Below, piece by piece: positions 49,658 to 61,072 of a DNA stretch of 64,000 bases (position 1 is the stretch's first letter; each line of letters begins with the position of its first letter). Both the position numbers and the translations under genes were made by a program. Location of the stretch: assembly GCA_048571215.1 (NCBI GenBank), contig CP182352.1:928001-992000 (forward strand), written 5' to 3'. This stretch comes from Halarcobacter sp. GTDB taxonomy: Bacteria > Campylobacterota > Campylobacteria > Campylobacterales > Arcobacteraceae. The notes under the pieces were generated by a model, which was given only the letters and a program-made list of their open reading frames with translations, was not told where the DNA came from and did no database searches.

Positions 49658-51281
49658 ACTTATTGTTTTATTTTATTTAACAAGTAATTTTTTATTTGCT
49701 CTTGAACCAATAAGTTATAAACATGATGATTCAAAAAGTATTGCAATAAACCATAGAGTTAAAAATTCCCATCTAAAAGTATATATGCCAACACTTCCTT
49801 ATTTTAATATATTAAGTTTGATTAATGGAACTTTAGTGCGTTTGAGTGATTCTAATAAAGGATGGGAGTATTATTTAGCTTATAAACACAAAAAAATTGA
49901 TGATTTGACATATGATTTTTGGCTAAGAAAGAATGTAAAATATCAAGATGGCTCAAAATTTGATGCTGATTCTGTAGTTGAGAATTTTAAACACTTTATG
50001 AAAGGACCTTTTTTATACAGTAATATACACAATGCTTTAAGTTATGTTGAGAAGATAGATGATTATAAAATAAGAATTCATCTAAATGAACCTTATGGTA
50101 TGTTATTAAATGACTTGTGTGTAATAAATTTTTATACAAAAGCCTATTATAAAAAATATAATTGGAGACCAAGTTATACTGCACAAAATACTAAAGGGGC
50201 AGGTTTGTATGGGGCAGGACCTTATATCTTAGAAGAAGGATATGCAACAGGATTAGAACAAAGTGAAAAAATAGTTCTAAGGGCAAACCCTTATTATTTT
50301 GAAAAAGATAAACCCTATATAGAAAAAATAACAATATATACTCAATTAACTAATGAAGAGGTTATTAATAAAATATCAAAAAAAGAGGGTGAGTTAGATA
50401 TAGCTTATATCCCTTTTAATAAAAAAACAGAAATAGTTAACTCAAAATATGCAAAACTATTAATCTTGCCATCAAATGGAAATCTTTTAGTACATTTTAA
50501 TTTATTAAAAAAAGACTCAAAGCTAAAGGATGTAAAAGTTAGAAGGGCATTAAATGATGCAATTGATCAAGAGCGATTAATAAAATTCATTTTTAAAAAT
50601 GAGGCAAAAAAAGCTGCTTTTTTATTATCTAGTAATGCTTATTATTCGAAAGAAATATCCAAAAAGTATATAAATAGAAAGTCAAGATTTTCCCAAAAAG
50701 AGTTAAAAACTATATTAAATGGTTTAGTTTTAAATGTTGTTACACAAGATAGGTTTATGTTTATGTGGAAAGGGATTGAGTATCAATTATCAAAATATGG
50801 TGTTAGATTAAAATATTATGTTACAAATGATGAAAAAGTAGTACTAAATAGGCTCTTTGAAAATAAACATAAAAAATATGATTGGGATCTTCTTATTTGG
50901 GGAGATGAGGATTGGAATGGACATCCTTGGACGGGATTTTTTACCTTGTATCCTGATTCAGGTTGGAGCTCTATTTTAAAAGACAAATATTTAGACAAGG
51001 AGTTTCATAAACTTTTTAAACTGGATGTTTCATCTAAAGCATTTCAAAAAGAGGTTGATAAACTTTTATTATACTCTTACGATAAGGCATATACCTTAGT
51101 TCTTCCTTCTGTAAATACAGTAATTGCACTAAATAAAGAGGTGATTTACAAACCATCTAAAATGGCACTTTTCCCCTTGTGGAATGCAAAAATTACACCT
51201 TATCATTGGTCAATTAGAAAAGAAAAACTTCCAAAAGAAAGATTAAAATATCTATATCCTATAAGGTTAAAAAATGATTAA
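49650..51281 (+). CDS. Family 5 extracellular solute-binding protein
   Basis: LRKNVKYQDGSKFDA, GAGPY, VRRALNDAID. Confidence 0.85.
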   Translation: MFRLIVLFYLTSNFLFALEPISYKHDDSKSIAINHRVKNSHLKVYMPTLPYFNILSLINGTLVRLSDSNKGWEYYLAYKHKKIDDLTYDFWLRKNVKYQDGSKFDADSVVENFKHFMKGPFLYSNIHNALSYVEKIDDYKIRIHLNEPYGMLLNDLCVINFYTKAYYKKYNWRPSYTAQNTKGAGLYGAGPYILEEGYATGLEQSEKIVLRANPYYFEKDKPYIEKITIYTQLTNEEVINKISKKEGELDIAYIPFNKKTEIVNSKYAKLLILPSNGNLLVHFNLLKKDSKLKDVKVRRALNDAIDQERLIKFIFKNEAKKAAFLLSSNAYYSKEISKKYINRKSRFSQKELKTILNGLVLNVVTQDRFMFMWKGIEYQLSKYGVRLKYYVTNDEKVVLNRLFENKHKKYDWDLLIWGDEDWNGHPWTGFFTLYPDSGWSSILKDKYLDKEFHKLFKLDVSSKAFQKEVDKLLLYSYDKAYTLVLPSVNTVIALNKEVIYKPSKMALFPLWNAKITPYHWSIRKEKLPKERLKYLYPIRLKND

Positions 51282-52926
51282 CTTGAAAATTAGACAAAAG
51301 TTTTTAATATTGGGTTTTATAGCACTAGTATCTTTACTTTTTATAGGATGGTTGTCTTTAAAAATAAATAATGAAAGTTTTAAAAACTCTAATAGTGTAG
51401 TTGTAAATTTTCAAGATACACAGAAAATTCAAACTTTATATATAGAAGATTTATATATGTTACGTGAAACAATCTTATCTTTAGTTATATCACCTAATGA
51501 TGATTTCAAAAAAGAAATAGATAAAAAGATTTCACCTATAATAAAAAAATTAGATGAAAATTTTGATAAGAATCTTAATATGGATAAAACTTATTGGAAC
51601 GAATATAAGAAAATAGCCCTTACTACAAGAGAGTATTCTTTAAATGGTTTTGATGAAGGTGCTTTTATGAATACTTCTACTGTAGAAAGAGATAGTTTTT
51701 ATAGATTAATCAATCAATTAAAGCTTTTACAAAAACAGAAACTAAAAAGTTCTGAATCAAAATTGATTCAATTAAAAAATAATGTTGATAAGAATAATCT
51801 TTTTATAATTATTGGAATATTATTTATAGGAGCAATAGGATTAGTTCTTGATATGACAGTTATTCTTAAAATTATAAAAGGTATTGAATCAATACAAGGA
51901 GGATTAAGAAAATTTTTTAATTATTTAAATAATCCTATGGCTTACAATAATGAGTTACATATTGATATAGATAGTAAAGATGAATTAGGATTAATGTCAG
52001 AGGCAATTAATAGAAGAGTAAAACTAATAAAAGAGAATCTAAATGATGATTATAAATTAATTCAAGAAGCAACATTAACCTTAGATAATTTAAAAGAGGG
52101 TGTATTTGGTAAAAGACTTAAAGAGGAAGGAAAATCAAAAGAATTAAATGTATTAAAAAATGTAATGAACCAAATGATTGATAGTTTGGAAAATAAAATA
52201 CAAGAAGAGATAAACCAAAGAACAAATCAAGAAAAACTTATGATGCAACAATCAAAACTAGCTGCAATGGGAGAGATGATTGGTAATATTGCTCACCAAT
52301 GGAGACAACCTATAAGTGAAATCAATGCTGTTTTAATGGAGTTAGAGACAATCACAAGATATGATAAGTTAGAAAAAGAACACCTTTTAGAAAATATTAG
52401 AATTTGTAATGAAATAACAGAACATATGTCAACAACAATTAGTGATTTTCAAAACTTTTTTAAACCAACAAAGAAAAAAGAGGATTTTTCTGTATTAACA
52501 GCTTGTAAAAAAGCTTTAGCAATTATAAATGCCTCATTAACAAATAATAAAATCAATTTGACATTTGATATTCAAGAAGACAATATAATAAATGGGTATT
52601 CAAGTGAATTTTCACATGCTGTATTAAATATAATCTCAAATGCAAAAGATGCCCTTGTATTAAGAAAAATTAAAAACCCTGAAATAAAAATCAGTATAAA
52701 AATTGGTAAAATTTACACAGTAATTAAAATATTGGATAATGCAGGAGGAATTAAACTCGAAGATATTGATACAATATTTGAACCTTACTTCACAACAAAG
52801 TATGCAAAACAAGGTACAGGAATTGGTTTGTATATGACTAAAATGATTATTGAAAATAATATGGAAGGCTTTGTTTATGCTAAAAATGTCAAAAATGGAG
52901 CTTTATTTACAATAAAAGTAAAATAA
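51274..52926 (+). CDS. Sensor histidine kinase
   Basis: Two TM, HAMP (DELG), AHQWRQP, DNAGG, GTGIGL. Confidence 0.92.
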   Translation: MINLKIRQKFLILGFIALVSLLFIGWLSLKINNESFKNSNSVVVNFQDTQKIQTLYIEDLYMLRETILSLVISPNDDFKKEIDKKISPIIKKLDENFDKNLNMDKTYWNEYKKIALTTREYSLNGFDEGAFMNTSTVERDSFYRLINQLKLLQKQKLKSSESKLIQLKNNVDKNNLFIIIGILFIGAIGLVLDMTVILKIIKGIESIQGGLRKFFNYLNNPMAYNNELHIDIDSKDELGLMSEAINRRVKLIKENLNDDYKLIQEATLTLDNLKEGVFGKRLKEEGKSKELNVLKNVMNQMIDSLENKIQEEINQRTNQEKLMMQQSKLAAMGEMIGNIAHQWRQPISEINAVLMELETITRYDKLEKEHLLENIRICNEITEHMSTTISDFQNFFKPTKKKEDFSVLTACKKALAIINASLTNNKINLTFDIQEDNIINGYSSEFSHAVLNIISNAKDALVLRKIKNPEIKISIKIGKIYTVIKILDNAGGIKLEDIDTIFEPYFTTKYAKQGTGIGLYMTKMIIENNMEGFVYAKNVKNGALFTIKVK

Positions 52927-53017
52927 ATACAAAATTACATTTTTTCCCCACTTTTTTACAATTATTTAAACTCATATTTCCTTTATACTATAAATATAGA
53001 AAAACTAAAGGAGCAAT

Positions 53018-53605
53018 ATGAAAACGAATTTAATTCTTGGAATGACTTTATTGACAGTTTCATTATATGCAAGTGAAACAATGTACAGTAGCAGTGTAAA
53101 AAACCTATATGAAGCTTCAGATAGCAATGCTGTTAAAGGTAGACTTTTACCCACATCAGAAGTTAAAGTGGTAGAAAAAAATTCAGATAAATCTAAAATA
53201 GAAATTGAAGGGTTTATGAAAGCTGGAGTATCTAATGCCATTTACTTTACAAAGGGGAAAAGAATTTTAGTTGCTGGACTTAGTAAAAAAGGAAAGTTTG
53301 ATATAAAAAAACTTTCATCAAGTAAAGATGAAAATGGTGTAGAGTGGGATAAAGTAGTTTTAACTGCATATACAAAAAATGAAAATCTAACTAAAGATTT
53401 AAAACCCCTATATGATAAAGCAGAAGATTTATTTAAAAATAACTGTTCTATCTGTCATCCTATTCATCCTGTAAGTGAGTTTACAGCTAACCAATGGCCA
53501 AGTATGTTTAAAGCGATGGTGAATAGAACTGCTATTCCAAAACAAGAAAGATATTTAGTAACACAATATTTGCAAAAACATGCAAAAGATATGAAAGGTG
53601 AATAA
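53018..53605 (+). CDS. Monoheme cytochrome c (TorC C-terminal-like)
   Basis: CSICH, FTANQWP, QYLQKHA. Confidence 0.85.
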   Translation: MKTNLILGMTLLTVSLYASETMYSSSVKNLYEASDSNAVKGRLLPTSEVKVVEKNSDKSKIEIEGFMKAGVSNAIYFTKGKRILVAGLSKKGKFDIKKLSSSKDENGVEWDKVVLTAYTKNENLTKDLKPLYDKAEDLFKNNCSICHPIHPVSEFTANQWPSMFKAMVNRTAIPKQERYLVTQYLQKHAKDMKGE

Positions 53606-53606
53606 T

Positions 53607-56090
53607 ATGAAAAATATTGATCAAAAAAGAAGAGGGTTTTTAAAAGTTGCTGCATTATTTAGTACGGTTCCATTTATTGATGCAATTACAAAAAGAGGTG
53701 AATTACTTGCAGGTACAATTGCAAAATTTTCTTCAAAACTAGTTGTAAATGGTGAAGTATTAACAGCCGCTCACTGGGGTATGTTAAAGTTAACTATAAA
53801 AAATGGGAAAGTTGTAAAATCTGAACCTTATCAAAAAACTTCAGATATTAAAAATTCATTACAATATTATACTCAAGATTTAGTATATGCAGATGATAGA
53901 ATAAAATATCCAATGGTAAGAAAATCTTATTTAGAAAATCCAGATAGTCCTAAACCTGAATTAAGAGGTAATGATGAATGGGTTAGAGTTCCATATGAAA
54001 AAGCAATAAAATTAATAGCAAAAGAGCTTAAAAAAACAAGAAAAGAGAAAGGTGCAGAGGGGGTTTTTGCCGGAAGTTATGGTTGGAAAAGTAGTGGTAG
54101 TATCCATAACTGTAGAGTTTTATTACATAGATTTATGACTGCAACAGGTGGATTTACTGGTACTGTTGGTGATTATTCAACTGGTGCATCGCAAGTAATT
54201 ATGCCACATGTATTGGGTACACTTGAAGTGTATGAACAACAAACTTCATGGCCTGTGGTATTAGAAAGTTCAAAAGTTATCGTAATTTGGGGTGCAAATC
54301 CACTTGCAACTCTAAAAATTGCTTGGACTTCAAGTGATGAAAATGGATTTAAATATTTTGAAGAGTTAAAAAAATCTGGTAAAAAAATCATTTGTATTGA
54401 TCCATATAAAACAGAAACTTGTGAATACTTAGATGCACAATGGGTTGCACCAAATCCAAATACAGACGTTGCAATGATGATGGGGATGGTACATACACTA
54501 TTAGAAGCAAAAAAATATGATGCAGACTTTTTATCTGATTATACTGAAGGTTTTGATAAATTCAAAGAGTATTTATACGGAAAAGAAGATGGTATTGTAA
54601 AAAGTGCTAAATGGGCATCTAAAATTTGTGGAGTTGATGAAAAAACTATTAATTCATTGGCTAATCTATTCTATGATAATAGAACTATGTTTATGTCTGG
54701 ATGGGGAATGCAAAGAGCTCATCATGGGGAACAACCTCACTGGATGTTAGTAACTCTTGCTTCAGTTATTGGACAAATTGGACTTCCTGGTGGTGGATTT
54801 GGATTATCTTATCACTATGCAAATGGTGGAGTTCCTACTGCAAAAAGTGCTATTATTGGTGGTATTACTGCAAATGTTACTCCATCTAAAGATGAGGGTG
54901 GTGCAGCTTGGCTAAAAAATGCAGCTAAATATTCTTTCCCTGTTGCTAGAATTGCTGATGCTTTACTAAACCCAGGAAAAACAATTGATTTTAATGGTAA
55001 AAAAGTTACTTATCCAGAGATTGATTTTATCTATTGGGTAGGTGGAAATCCATTAGTTCATCATCAAGATACAAATACCTTATTAAAAGCTTGGAGAGTA
55101 CCAAGAACTGTTGTTGTTAATGAAGCATTCTGGACACCAACTGCAAGAATGGCAGATATTGTAATGCCAACAACAACTTCATATGAAAGAAATGATATCA
55201 CTGCAACAGGTGATTATTCAAATTTAAATATTGTTCCTATGAAACAAGCAGTTAAAAAACAGTTTGAAGCAAGAGATGATTATCAAATCTTTAGTGACTT
55301 ATCAAAAGAGTTTGGTGTATTTGAAAAATATACTCAAAATAAAACTGATTTGCAATGGGTAGAAGAGTTTTATACAAAAGCTTATAATCAAGCACAAAAA
55401 ATGAAATTACCAATGCCAACATTTAGAGAGTTTTGGAGTAAAAACCAACCAATAACTTTTGATGTTCCATATGAAAATACACAATTTGTAAGATATGCTG
55501 ATTTTAGAGAAGATCCAATCTTAAATCCACTTGGAACGCCATCTGGAAGAATAGAGATATATTCTAAAACAATAGAAAAAATGAATTACAAAGATTGTAA
55601 AGCACATCCAACTTGGTTCGAACCAGCTGAGTGGGTAGGTATGAAAGAAAAACCTGCAGAGTTTGCATTAATCTCTCCACACCCAAGTGATAGACTGCAC
55701 TCTCAACTTAACAATACAAGTTTAAGAAAAAAATATGCAGTTGCAAATAGGGAACCAATCTGGATTAATACAAAAGATGCAAAAGCAAAAGGTATTAAAT
55801 CTGGTGATATAGTAAGAGTATTCAATAAAAGAGGTGAAATCTTAACCGGTGCCATTGTAACGGATGGATTAAAACCTGGAATTGTAAGAGTTCAAGAGGG
55901 TGCTTGGTATGATCCTTTGGAGAAAGGAAAAATTGGAACATTATGTAAAAATGGTTCAGCAAACCTTTTAACAAAAGATATTCCAACTTCAGAATTAGCT
56001 GATGGAAATAGTTCAAATACAGCTTTAGTAAATATTGAAAAATATACAAAAAAAGCACCTGCCTTAACTATCTTTAAACAACCAAGTTAA
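53607..56090 (+). CDS. Molybdopterin TMAO/S-oxide reductase (TorA/TorZ/BisC family)
   Basis: Tat motif RRGFLK, AHWG, GSYGW, GDYSTGA, RLHSQL. Confidence 0.93.
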   Translation: MKNIDQKRRGFLKVAALFSTVPFIDAITKRGELLAGTIAKFSSKLVVNGEVLTAAHWGMLKLTIKNGKVVKSEPYQKTSDIKNSLQYYTQDLVYADDRIKYPMVRKSYLENPDSPKPELRGNDEWVRVPYEKAIKLIAKELKKTRKEKGAEGVFAGSYGWKSSGSIHNCRVLLHRFMTATGGFTGTVGDYSTGASQVIMPHVLGTLEVYEQQTSWPVVLESSKVIVIWGANPLATLKIAWTSSDENGFKYFEELKKSGKKIICIDPYKTETCEYLDAQWVAPNPNTDVAMMMGMVHTLLEAKKYDADFLSDYTEGFDKFKEYLYGKEDGIVKSAKWASKICGVDEKTINSLANLFYDNRTMFMSGWGMQRAHHGEQPHWMLVTLASVIGQIGLPGGGFGLSYHYANGGVPTAKSAIIGGITANVTPSKDEGGAAWLKNAAKYSFPVARIADALLNPGKTIDFNGKKVTYPEIDFIYWVGGNPLVHHQDTNTLLKAWRVPRTVVVNEAFWTPTARMADIVMPTTTSYERNDITATGDYSNLNIVPMKQAVKKQFEARDDYQIFSDLSKEFGVFEKYTQNKTDLQWVEEFYTKAYNQAQKMKLPMPTFREFWSKNQPITFDVPYENTQFVRYADFREDPILNPLGTPSGRIEIYSKTIEKMNYKDCKAHPTWFEPAEWVGMKEKPAEFALISPHPSDRLHSQLNNTSLRKKYAVANREPIWINTKDAKAKGIKSGDIVRVFNKRGEILTGAIVTDGLKPGIVRVQEGAWYDPLEKGKIGTLCKNGSANLLTKDIPTSELADGNSSNTALVNIEKYTKKAPALTIFKQPS

Positions 56091-56121
56091 AAAAGAAAGG
56101 AGATTTTCTCTCCTTTTCTTT
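56091..56121 (+). terminator. Intrinsic terminator
   Basis: AAAGGAGA-ttttc-TCTCCTTT plus T-rich tail. Confidence 0.7.
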
Positions 56122-56181
56122 TCTTCCTTAAAGCTTAGCTTACTTTTGATAAAATCTAAAAAAATTTAAGGGAATTAAAAA

Positions 56182-57102
56182 TTGTTAGAAACTCTTGAGT
56201 CTTGTATAAACAAAAATATGGAAACTAAAACAAAAGAGTTTAAAAGACTTTTTCATGGAAGAGGTAATTTTTATGCTGATTTTGAATATCTAACAGTAGA
56301 TAGTATAGATAATATTTTATTAGTAGTTTTTTATAAACAAGTAGAAATAGAAGAAGAGATTTTAAAACTTATGAAAACTATTTTTGATAAACACTCTTTT
56401 AAATCTTTAGTTCTTCAAAGAAGATATTTACCAAATCAACCCCATGAAATTTTAATAGGCAATTTAAATGATAACTTGTATCTAATAGAAAATAATTTGA
56501 AATTTTCTATAAACTTTCAAAATAGAAATCTAGGAATATTTACTGATATGAAAATAGGGCGTGAGTATTTAGCTTCTATTTCAAAAGATAAAAATGTATT
56601 AAATCTTTTTTCATATACCTGTGCTTTTTCTGTATATGCTCTATCACATGGTGCTAGGCAAGTTGTAAATGTAGATATGTCAAAGGGTGCTTTAAGTACA
56701 GGGAAACAAAACCATTATATAAACAACCTAGATGTAAGAAAAGCAAAGTTTCTACCTTTGAATATTTTAAAATCATGGAGTAGAATAAAAAAGTTTGCCC
56801 CCTATGATGTGATAGTTGTAGATCCTCCATCTTTTCAAAAAGGAAGTTTTGCAGCAACAAAAGATTATGAAAAGATTATAAAAAGACTTGAAAGTTTAGC
56901 AAGTGATGATTGTATAGTTATCTCTTGTTTAAATGCTCCAGAGTTAGATACTGATTTTATAAAAGAACTATTTGCAAAAAATGCACCTGAGTTTGAATTT
57001 GTAAAACGATTAAAAAACTTAAATACTTTTCCAAGTAATGATGAACAGAAGAGTTTAAAAAATCTTATTTTTAAAAGAAAAACAGATGATAGCAAATCCT
57101 AA
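56182..57102 (+). CDS. Class I SAM methyltransferase (RlmI/RlmK-like)
   Basis: VLNLFSYTCAFS, VDMS, DPPSF. Confidence 0.88.
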   Translation: MLETLESCINKNMETKTKEFKRLFHGRGNFYADFEYLTVDSIDNILLVVFYKQVEIEEEILKLMKTIFDKHSFKSLVLQRRYLPNQPHEILIGNLNDNLYLIENNLKFSINFQNRNLGIFTDMKIGREYLASISKDKNVLNLFSYTCAFSVYALSHGARQVVNVDMSKGALSTGKQNHYINNLDVRKAKFLPLNILKSWSRIKKFAPYDVIVVDPPSFQKGSFAATKDYEKIIKRLESLASDDCIVISCLNAPELDTDFIKELFAKNAPEFEFVKRLKNLNTFPSNDEQKSLKNLIFKRKTDDSKS

Positions 57103-57310
57103 AATCTGCCCCATTTGTAAAAAAGAAAATAAGTGTGAAGCCCATATCCCAAACAATGATTGCTGGTGCAATCATATAAAAGTACCTGCAAAACTAAGGG
57201 AGTTTATCCCTGAAGAGTTTAAGATGAAAGCTTGTATTTGCAAAGATTGTGTAGAGCTTTTTATAAAAGATGAAGATAGTTTTATAAAAAGGTATTTTAA
57301 ATATCTCTAA
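57086..57310 (+). CDS. Cysteine-rich CWC family protein
   Basis: CPIC..N.C...CWC...CIC..C. Confidence 0.85.
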   Translation: MIANPKICPICKKENKCEAHIPNNDCWCNHIKVPAKLREFIPEEFKMKACICKDCVELFIKDEDSFIKRYFKYL

Positions 57311-57995
57311 CATCTATAAACTCTCCACTTTCAAATTGATCAATTTTTTCAATTAGATTATGTAGCCTTTCAGCTGCATCAAGTGGTTGTTGTATTTCAC
57401 CTTGTTTTAAAACCTTTGCAGAGGTGTAAATATTATCATCAACTTCAAATCTTATAACATCAGTCATTGGTGTTTCAATAACACCTGGTGCAACTGAGAG
57501 GAGTTTTGTATTTGTCATCTCTTTTGAATATAGATTGATAAGCATATTTAGTGAAGATTTTGATAAAGAGTAAGCTCCCCAGCCTTTTGAACCATTTTTT
57601 GAAGCTCCAGATGAGATAGCTATGATATTTTTTACATTTTTTAGGTTTAATATATCCAAAAGCTCTTTATTTGCGTAAACATTAAGATTCATTACCTTTT
57701 GTATCTCATCTAAAGATAGTTTTCCCATCTCTTTTATTTCACCTAACATTCCTGCATTTAAATACACAGTATTTATATTGCCAATACTATCTATAAAAGG
57801 TGTTAAACTATTTTTAATATCGTAAGTTTTACTTAAATCAAAGCTTTTATATATAAGGTTTTTATCTTTTATATTTGGCTTATTTCTACTTATGCCATAT
57901 ACTATATAGCCTTCTTCTAGATAAAAGTTTGTTAATGCAAGTCCAAGTCCTGAACTGCATCCTGTAATTAATATTTTTTTATTTAATTTTTCCAT
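57297..57995 (-). CDS. Short-chain dehydrogenase/reductase
   Basis: TGCSSGLG, NAG, YSLSK, PGVIET. Confidence 0.9.
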   Translation of the reverse strand: MEKLNKKILITGCSSGLGLALTNFYLEEGYIVYGISRNKPNIKDKNLIYKSFDLSKTYDIKNSLTPFIDSIGNINTVYLNAGMLGEIKEMGKLSLDEIQKVMNLNVYANKELLDILNLKNVKNIIAISSGASKNGSKGWGAYSLSKSSLNMLINLYSKEMTNTKLLSVAPGVIETPMTDVIRFEVDDNIYTSAKVLKQGEIQQPLDAAERLHNLIEKIDQFESGEFIDVRDI

Positions 57996-58106
57996 GATAA
58001 AGATTATCATCTTTTTTATTTAAATTACTTTACAAAATAGAGCACTTTGGGTATAATCCAGCTAATTTAGACAATGGGAGAAAAGTATTTTTACTTTTAA
58101 AATAGT

Positions 58107-59222
58107 TTGCAGCAGTTAAAAATATCAAAAGAGATTAAAAATTTAGAGATAAATAAGATAAAAGAACATCTTTTTTATTATAAATATTACACAAAAAATA
58201 TTAGATCAATTTTAAAAAATAGTAATGAAGAAGAGTTAGATTTAGAAAGTCTTGCCACTTATAATAGTTTTGTAGGTGAAGTATATGAAAATATCATATA
58301 TGAGTTCTTACTTGATTATGCTTTACATAATGATTATATTACAAAGTTTGTTTTAAAAGGTCCACATCAAAATAGAGTTGACAAGTTTTATAAAACTGGT
58401 TTGATGATAGATAGGTCTTTACAAATAGTTTACAAATCAAACTTTAAAGATATAAGTGAATTTGATGCTTTATTTTTCACAAAAGATTCATTATATTTTG
58501 TAGAGATGAGTACTTCTAAAAAAACTGCAAGTTTAAATAAAAGATTAGATAAAAAATATGCACTATTAAAGGTTTTATTTCCAAGTTTACATATAAAGGC
58601 TTTGATAGTTTTAACTGAAGGTTCAACAGGACTAAGAAGATTTCCCTCATATTGCACTATTTGGATAACAAAAGATTTAACAAATAAAGATTTATTAAAT
58701 AAAGTGATATATTCCCACAAAAGAAAAAACTTTGAGACCCCATATACTCAAAAGAAGTTTATTGAGGCTTATACTATAAGACATAAGAGGTTTATATATT
58801 TTCAAACTTTAGATTGGATATTTAAAAATGCAAATAAAAAAGTTGAAGGAATAACAAATTTAGAGTTTTTTAAATCATCAAAGGTTTCTTTATATTTTGA
58901 TATCTATACAAAACTATATATAGGGTTTTTAAAAGCTGAAGAGTTTTTAACTTTAGTTCCAAGTTATGATAGCCAAATAGAAAATGTATTTGTAAGTATC
59001 GAAAAGATAAATAGCAAAGAGTTTGATTTGGTTTATTATGTTAAAAATGTAAATGGAAAACTAAGAAGAGTTAGAATCACAAGAGAAATCTCCATAAAAG
59101 ATAAAGAGTTAGATGGCTTTACAAATGCAGAAGTTAGGTTTATGAAATATTTAATTGAAGATAAATATTTTATGGGTTTAGATGAGATATCAACTCTTAG
59201 TTTAAAGCTGAGAGAGTTTTAG
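58107..59222 (+). CDS. Hypothetical protein, possible PD-(D/E)XK-like fold
   Basis: GEVYE...EFDALF...VEM spacing; weak. Confidence 0.6.
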   Translation: MQQLKISKEIKNLEINKIKEHLFYYKYYTKNIRSILKNSNEEELDLESLATYNSFVGEVYENIIYEFLLDYALHNDYITKFVLKGPHQNRVDKFYKTGLMIDRSLQIVYKSNFKDISEFDALFFTKDSLYFVEMSTSKKTASLNKRLDKKYALLKVLFPSLHIKALIVLTEGSTGLRRFPSYCTIWITKDLTNKDLLNKVIYSHKRKNFETPYTQKKFIEAYTIRHKRFIYFQTLDWIFKNANKKVEGITNLEFFKSSKVSLYFDIYTKLYIGFLKAEEFLTLVPSYDSQIENVFVSIEKINSKEFDLVYYVKNVNGKLRRVRITREISIKDKELDGFTNAEVRFMKYLIEDKYFMGLDEISTLSLKLREF

Positions 59223-60945
59223 TTTCTAACTCTTTTTTCTCATAATTTGGGTTATATAAAACATCAGCTTGTATTTTATCTAAGTCATAAATATCATCCC
59301 TAAAGTTTATTTTTTTATTTTCATCTATCCAAGTTGTTAAATATACTATATGCACAGGAACTTTTTGTTCTAAATCTAAATCAACTTCAACTTTTAGATT
59401 CAATAATTGTGTATAATCCATCCCATCGTATATCTTTTCATCTTTAAGTATATCTAGAAGTAGTTGTTTGGGATTATTTACTCTTATACAACCATGGGAA
59501 TAGGCTCTTTTTGTTCTATTGAAGTATCTTTTATATGGGGTGTCATGTAGATAAACAGAATATTTATTGGGAAACATAAATTTCATTTTGCCAAGGGGGT
59601 TTTTATTGTCAGGAAATTGTATAAACCTCATAGGTGCTTCTTTATCATTACCAATTATGTTATTGTCTAAATACATACTCCAATCTACAAATGAAACATC
59701 ATATTCTATAGAATTTATATCCCAATTCTCAAAAACCTTTATATTTTTTTCTTTTAAATAGTTTGGATTTTCTATAAGTTTTGATATAAGCTCTTTTTTT
59801 ACAATATTTTGTGGGATTCTCCAATAAGGATTTACTATTATCTCAGACATTCTGTGACTAAATATAGGTGTTGGATTCTCTTTTTTACCTACAATTACAG
59901 CTGTTTCAAACTCTAAATTGTTTTTATTAAAAAGTTTTAATCTATAATCAGGAATATTTACATATATAAATTTTTCACCAAAATTACTTGGAAGAAGTCT
60001 TATTCTTTCAAGATTTACTCTAATCTTTTCTATCTTTTTTTCCACTGGAATGTTTAATGCTTTTATAGTATTGTTTCCAATTATTCCATCAATCTCTAAG
60101 CCATATCTTTTTTGAAAGCTCTTTACAGCTTCAAAAAGTTCTTTATCAAAATTCATATCACAATAGCTTTCATCAAAAGAACATGCAAAATCATCTAAAT
60201 CTTTACTTTGTATCAATCTTCTTCTTATATCTTTAATCTCTTCGTATGAGTTACCTTTTTTTAAAGAGATATTTGATTTACTTACCTTTACAAAACCACC
60301 CGTAGATAATATAGTTTTATACTCTTCTATCTTTTGTTTTAAAAGTGATGTATTATAAAAGGGATTTTCTATCTTTTCTTCAATAATTGATAAGGAATTA
60401 TTTTCTACAACTTTATAAAGTAATTTTCTAAAGTTTATATATTTTTTATATTTTTGCCAATTTAAATCTAAATCCTCTTGTTCTTTTAGGTATAAAAGTT
60501 CATTTTCAAAACTTCCCCAATCTATTACACCATTAGATAAATAGCTTATATATTGATGATAGATATTTGTTAATTTTATATCCAAATCTATAATCTCTGA
60601 AACTGGTGAATTTTCATTAAGTTCTGATAACTTTATTTCAATGTCTTTTAAATCAAAAATTTTTTTATCAAGAATTGGTTTTAAAACTTCATCTTTTTTT
60701 ATTGTTTCAATTAGTTTGCTTGTGATACTTTTGGGAATATTTTCATCAAACCAAAAAAGTTTATAGTCAAAATTTTTATAGTATTTATTCATTAAAGTTT
60801 TAGAAAAAAAGAAAGGTTTACTTTTTTTTATAGTTTTTTTAATATCAGATTTTAATATATCTGGTGTATTTTTAATAAGCTTTATTGAATCTGCCTCTAA
60901 AAATAGACTAAATATAAATATCTCAAAAATTATTTTTTTATACAT
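59197..60945 (-). CDS. L,D-transpeptidase with peptidoglycan-binding domain (YcbB-like)
   Basis: AVKSFQ..GL..DG, VYLHDTP, SHGCIR. Confidence 0.92.
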   Translation of the reverse strand: MYKKIIFEIFIFSLFLEADSIKLIKNTPDILKSDIKKTIKKSKPFFFSKTLMNKYYKNFDYKLFWFDENIPKSITSKLIETIKKDEVLKPILDKKIFDLKDIEIKLSELNENSPVSEIIDLDIKLTNIYHQYISYLSNGVIDWGSFENELLYLKEQEDLDLNWQKYKKYINFRKLLYKVVENNSLSIIEEKIENPFYNTSLLKQKIEEYKTILSTGGFVKVSKSNISLKKGNSYEEIKDIRRRLIQSKDLDDFACSFDESYCDMNFDKELFEAVKSFQKRYGLEIDGIIGNNTIKALNIPVEKKIEKIRVNLERIRLLPSNFGEKFIYVNIPDYRLKLFNKNNLEFETAVIVGKKENPTPIFSHRMSEIIVNPYWRIPQNIVKKELISKLIENPNYLKEKNIKVFENWDINSIEYDVSFVDWSMYLDNNIIGNDKEAPMRFIQFPDNKNPLGKMKFMFPNKYSVYLHDTPYKRYFNRTKRAYSHGCIRVNNPKQLLLDILKDEKIYDGMDYTQLLNLKVEVDLDLEQKVPVHIVYLTTWIDENKKINFRDDIYDLDKIQADVLYNPNYEKKELETKTLSALN

Positions 60946-61072
60946 GTATACATTTCTTTGTTTATTTTATTATAACCAATGAAGCTTTAATATATATTTG
61001 TTAATTTTATAAATTTAAACTAATTTTAAGAATTGTATTGATATCATTAGATATTATAATAAGGAGTCTATT

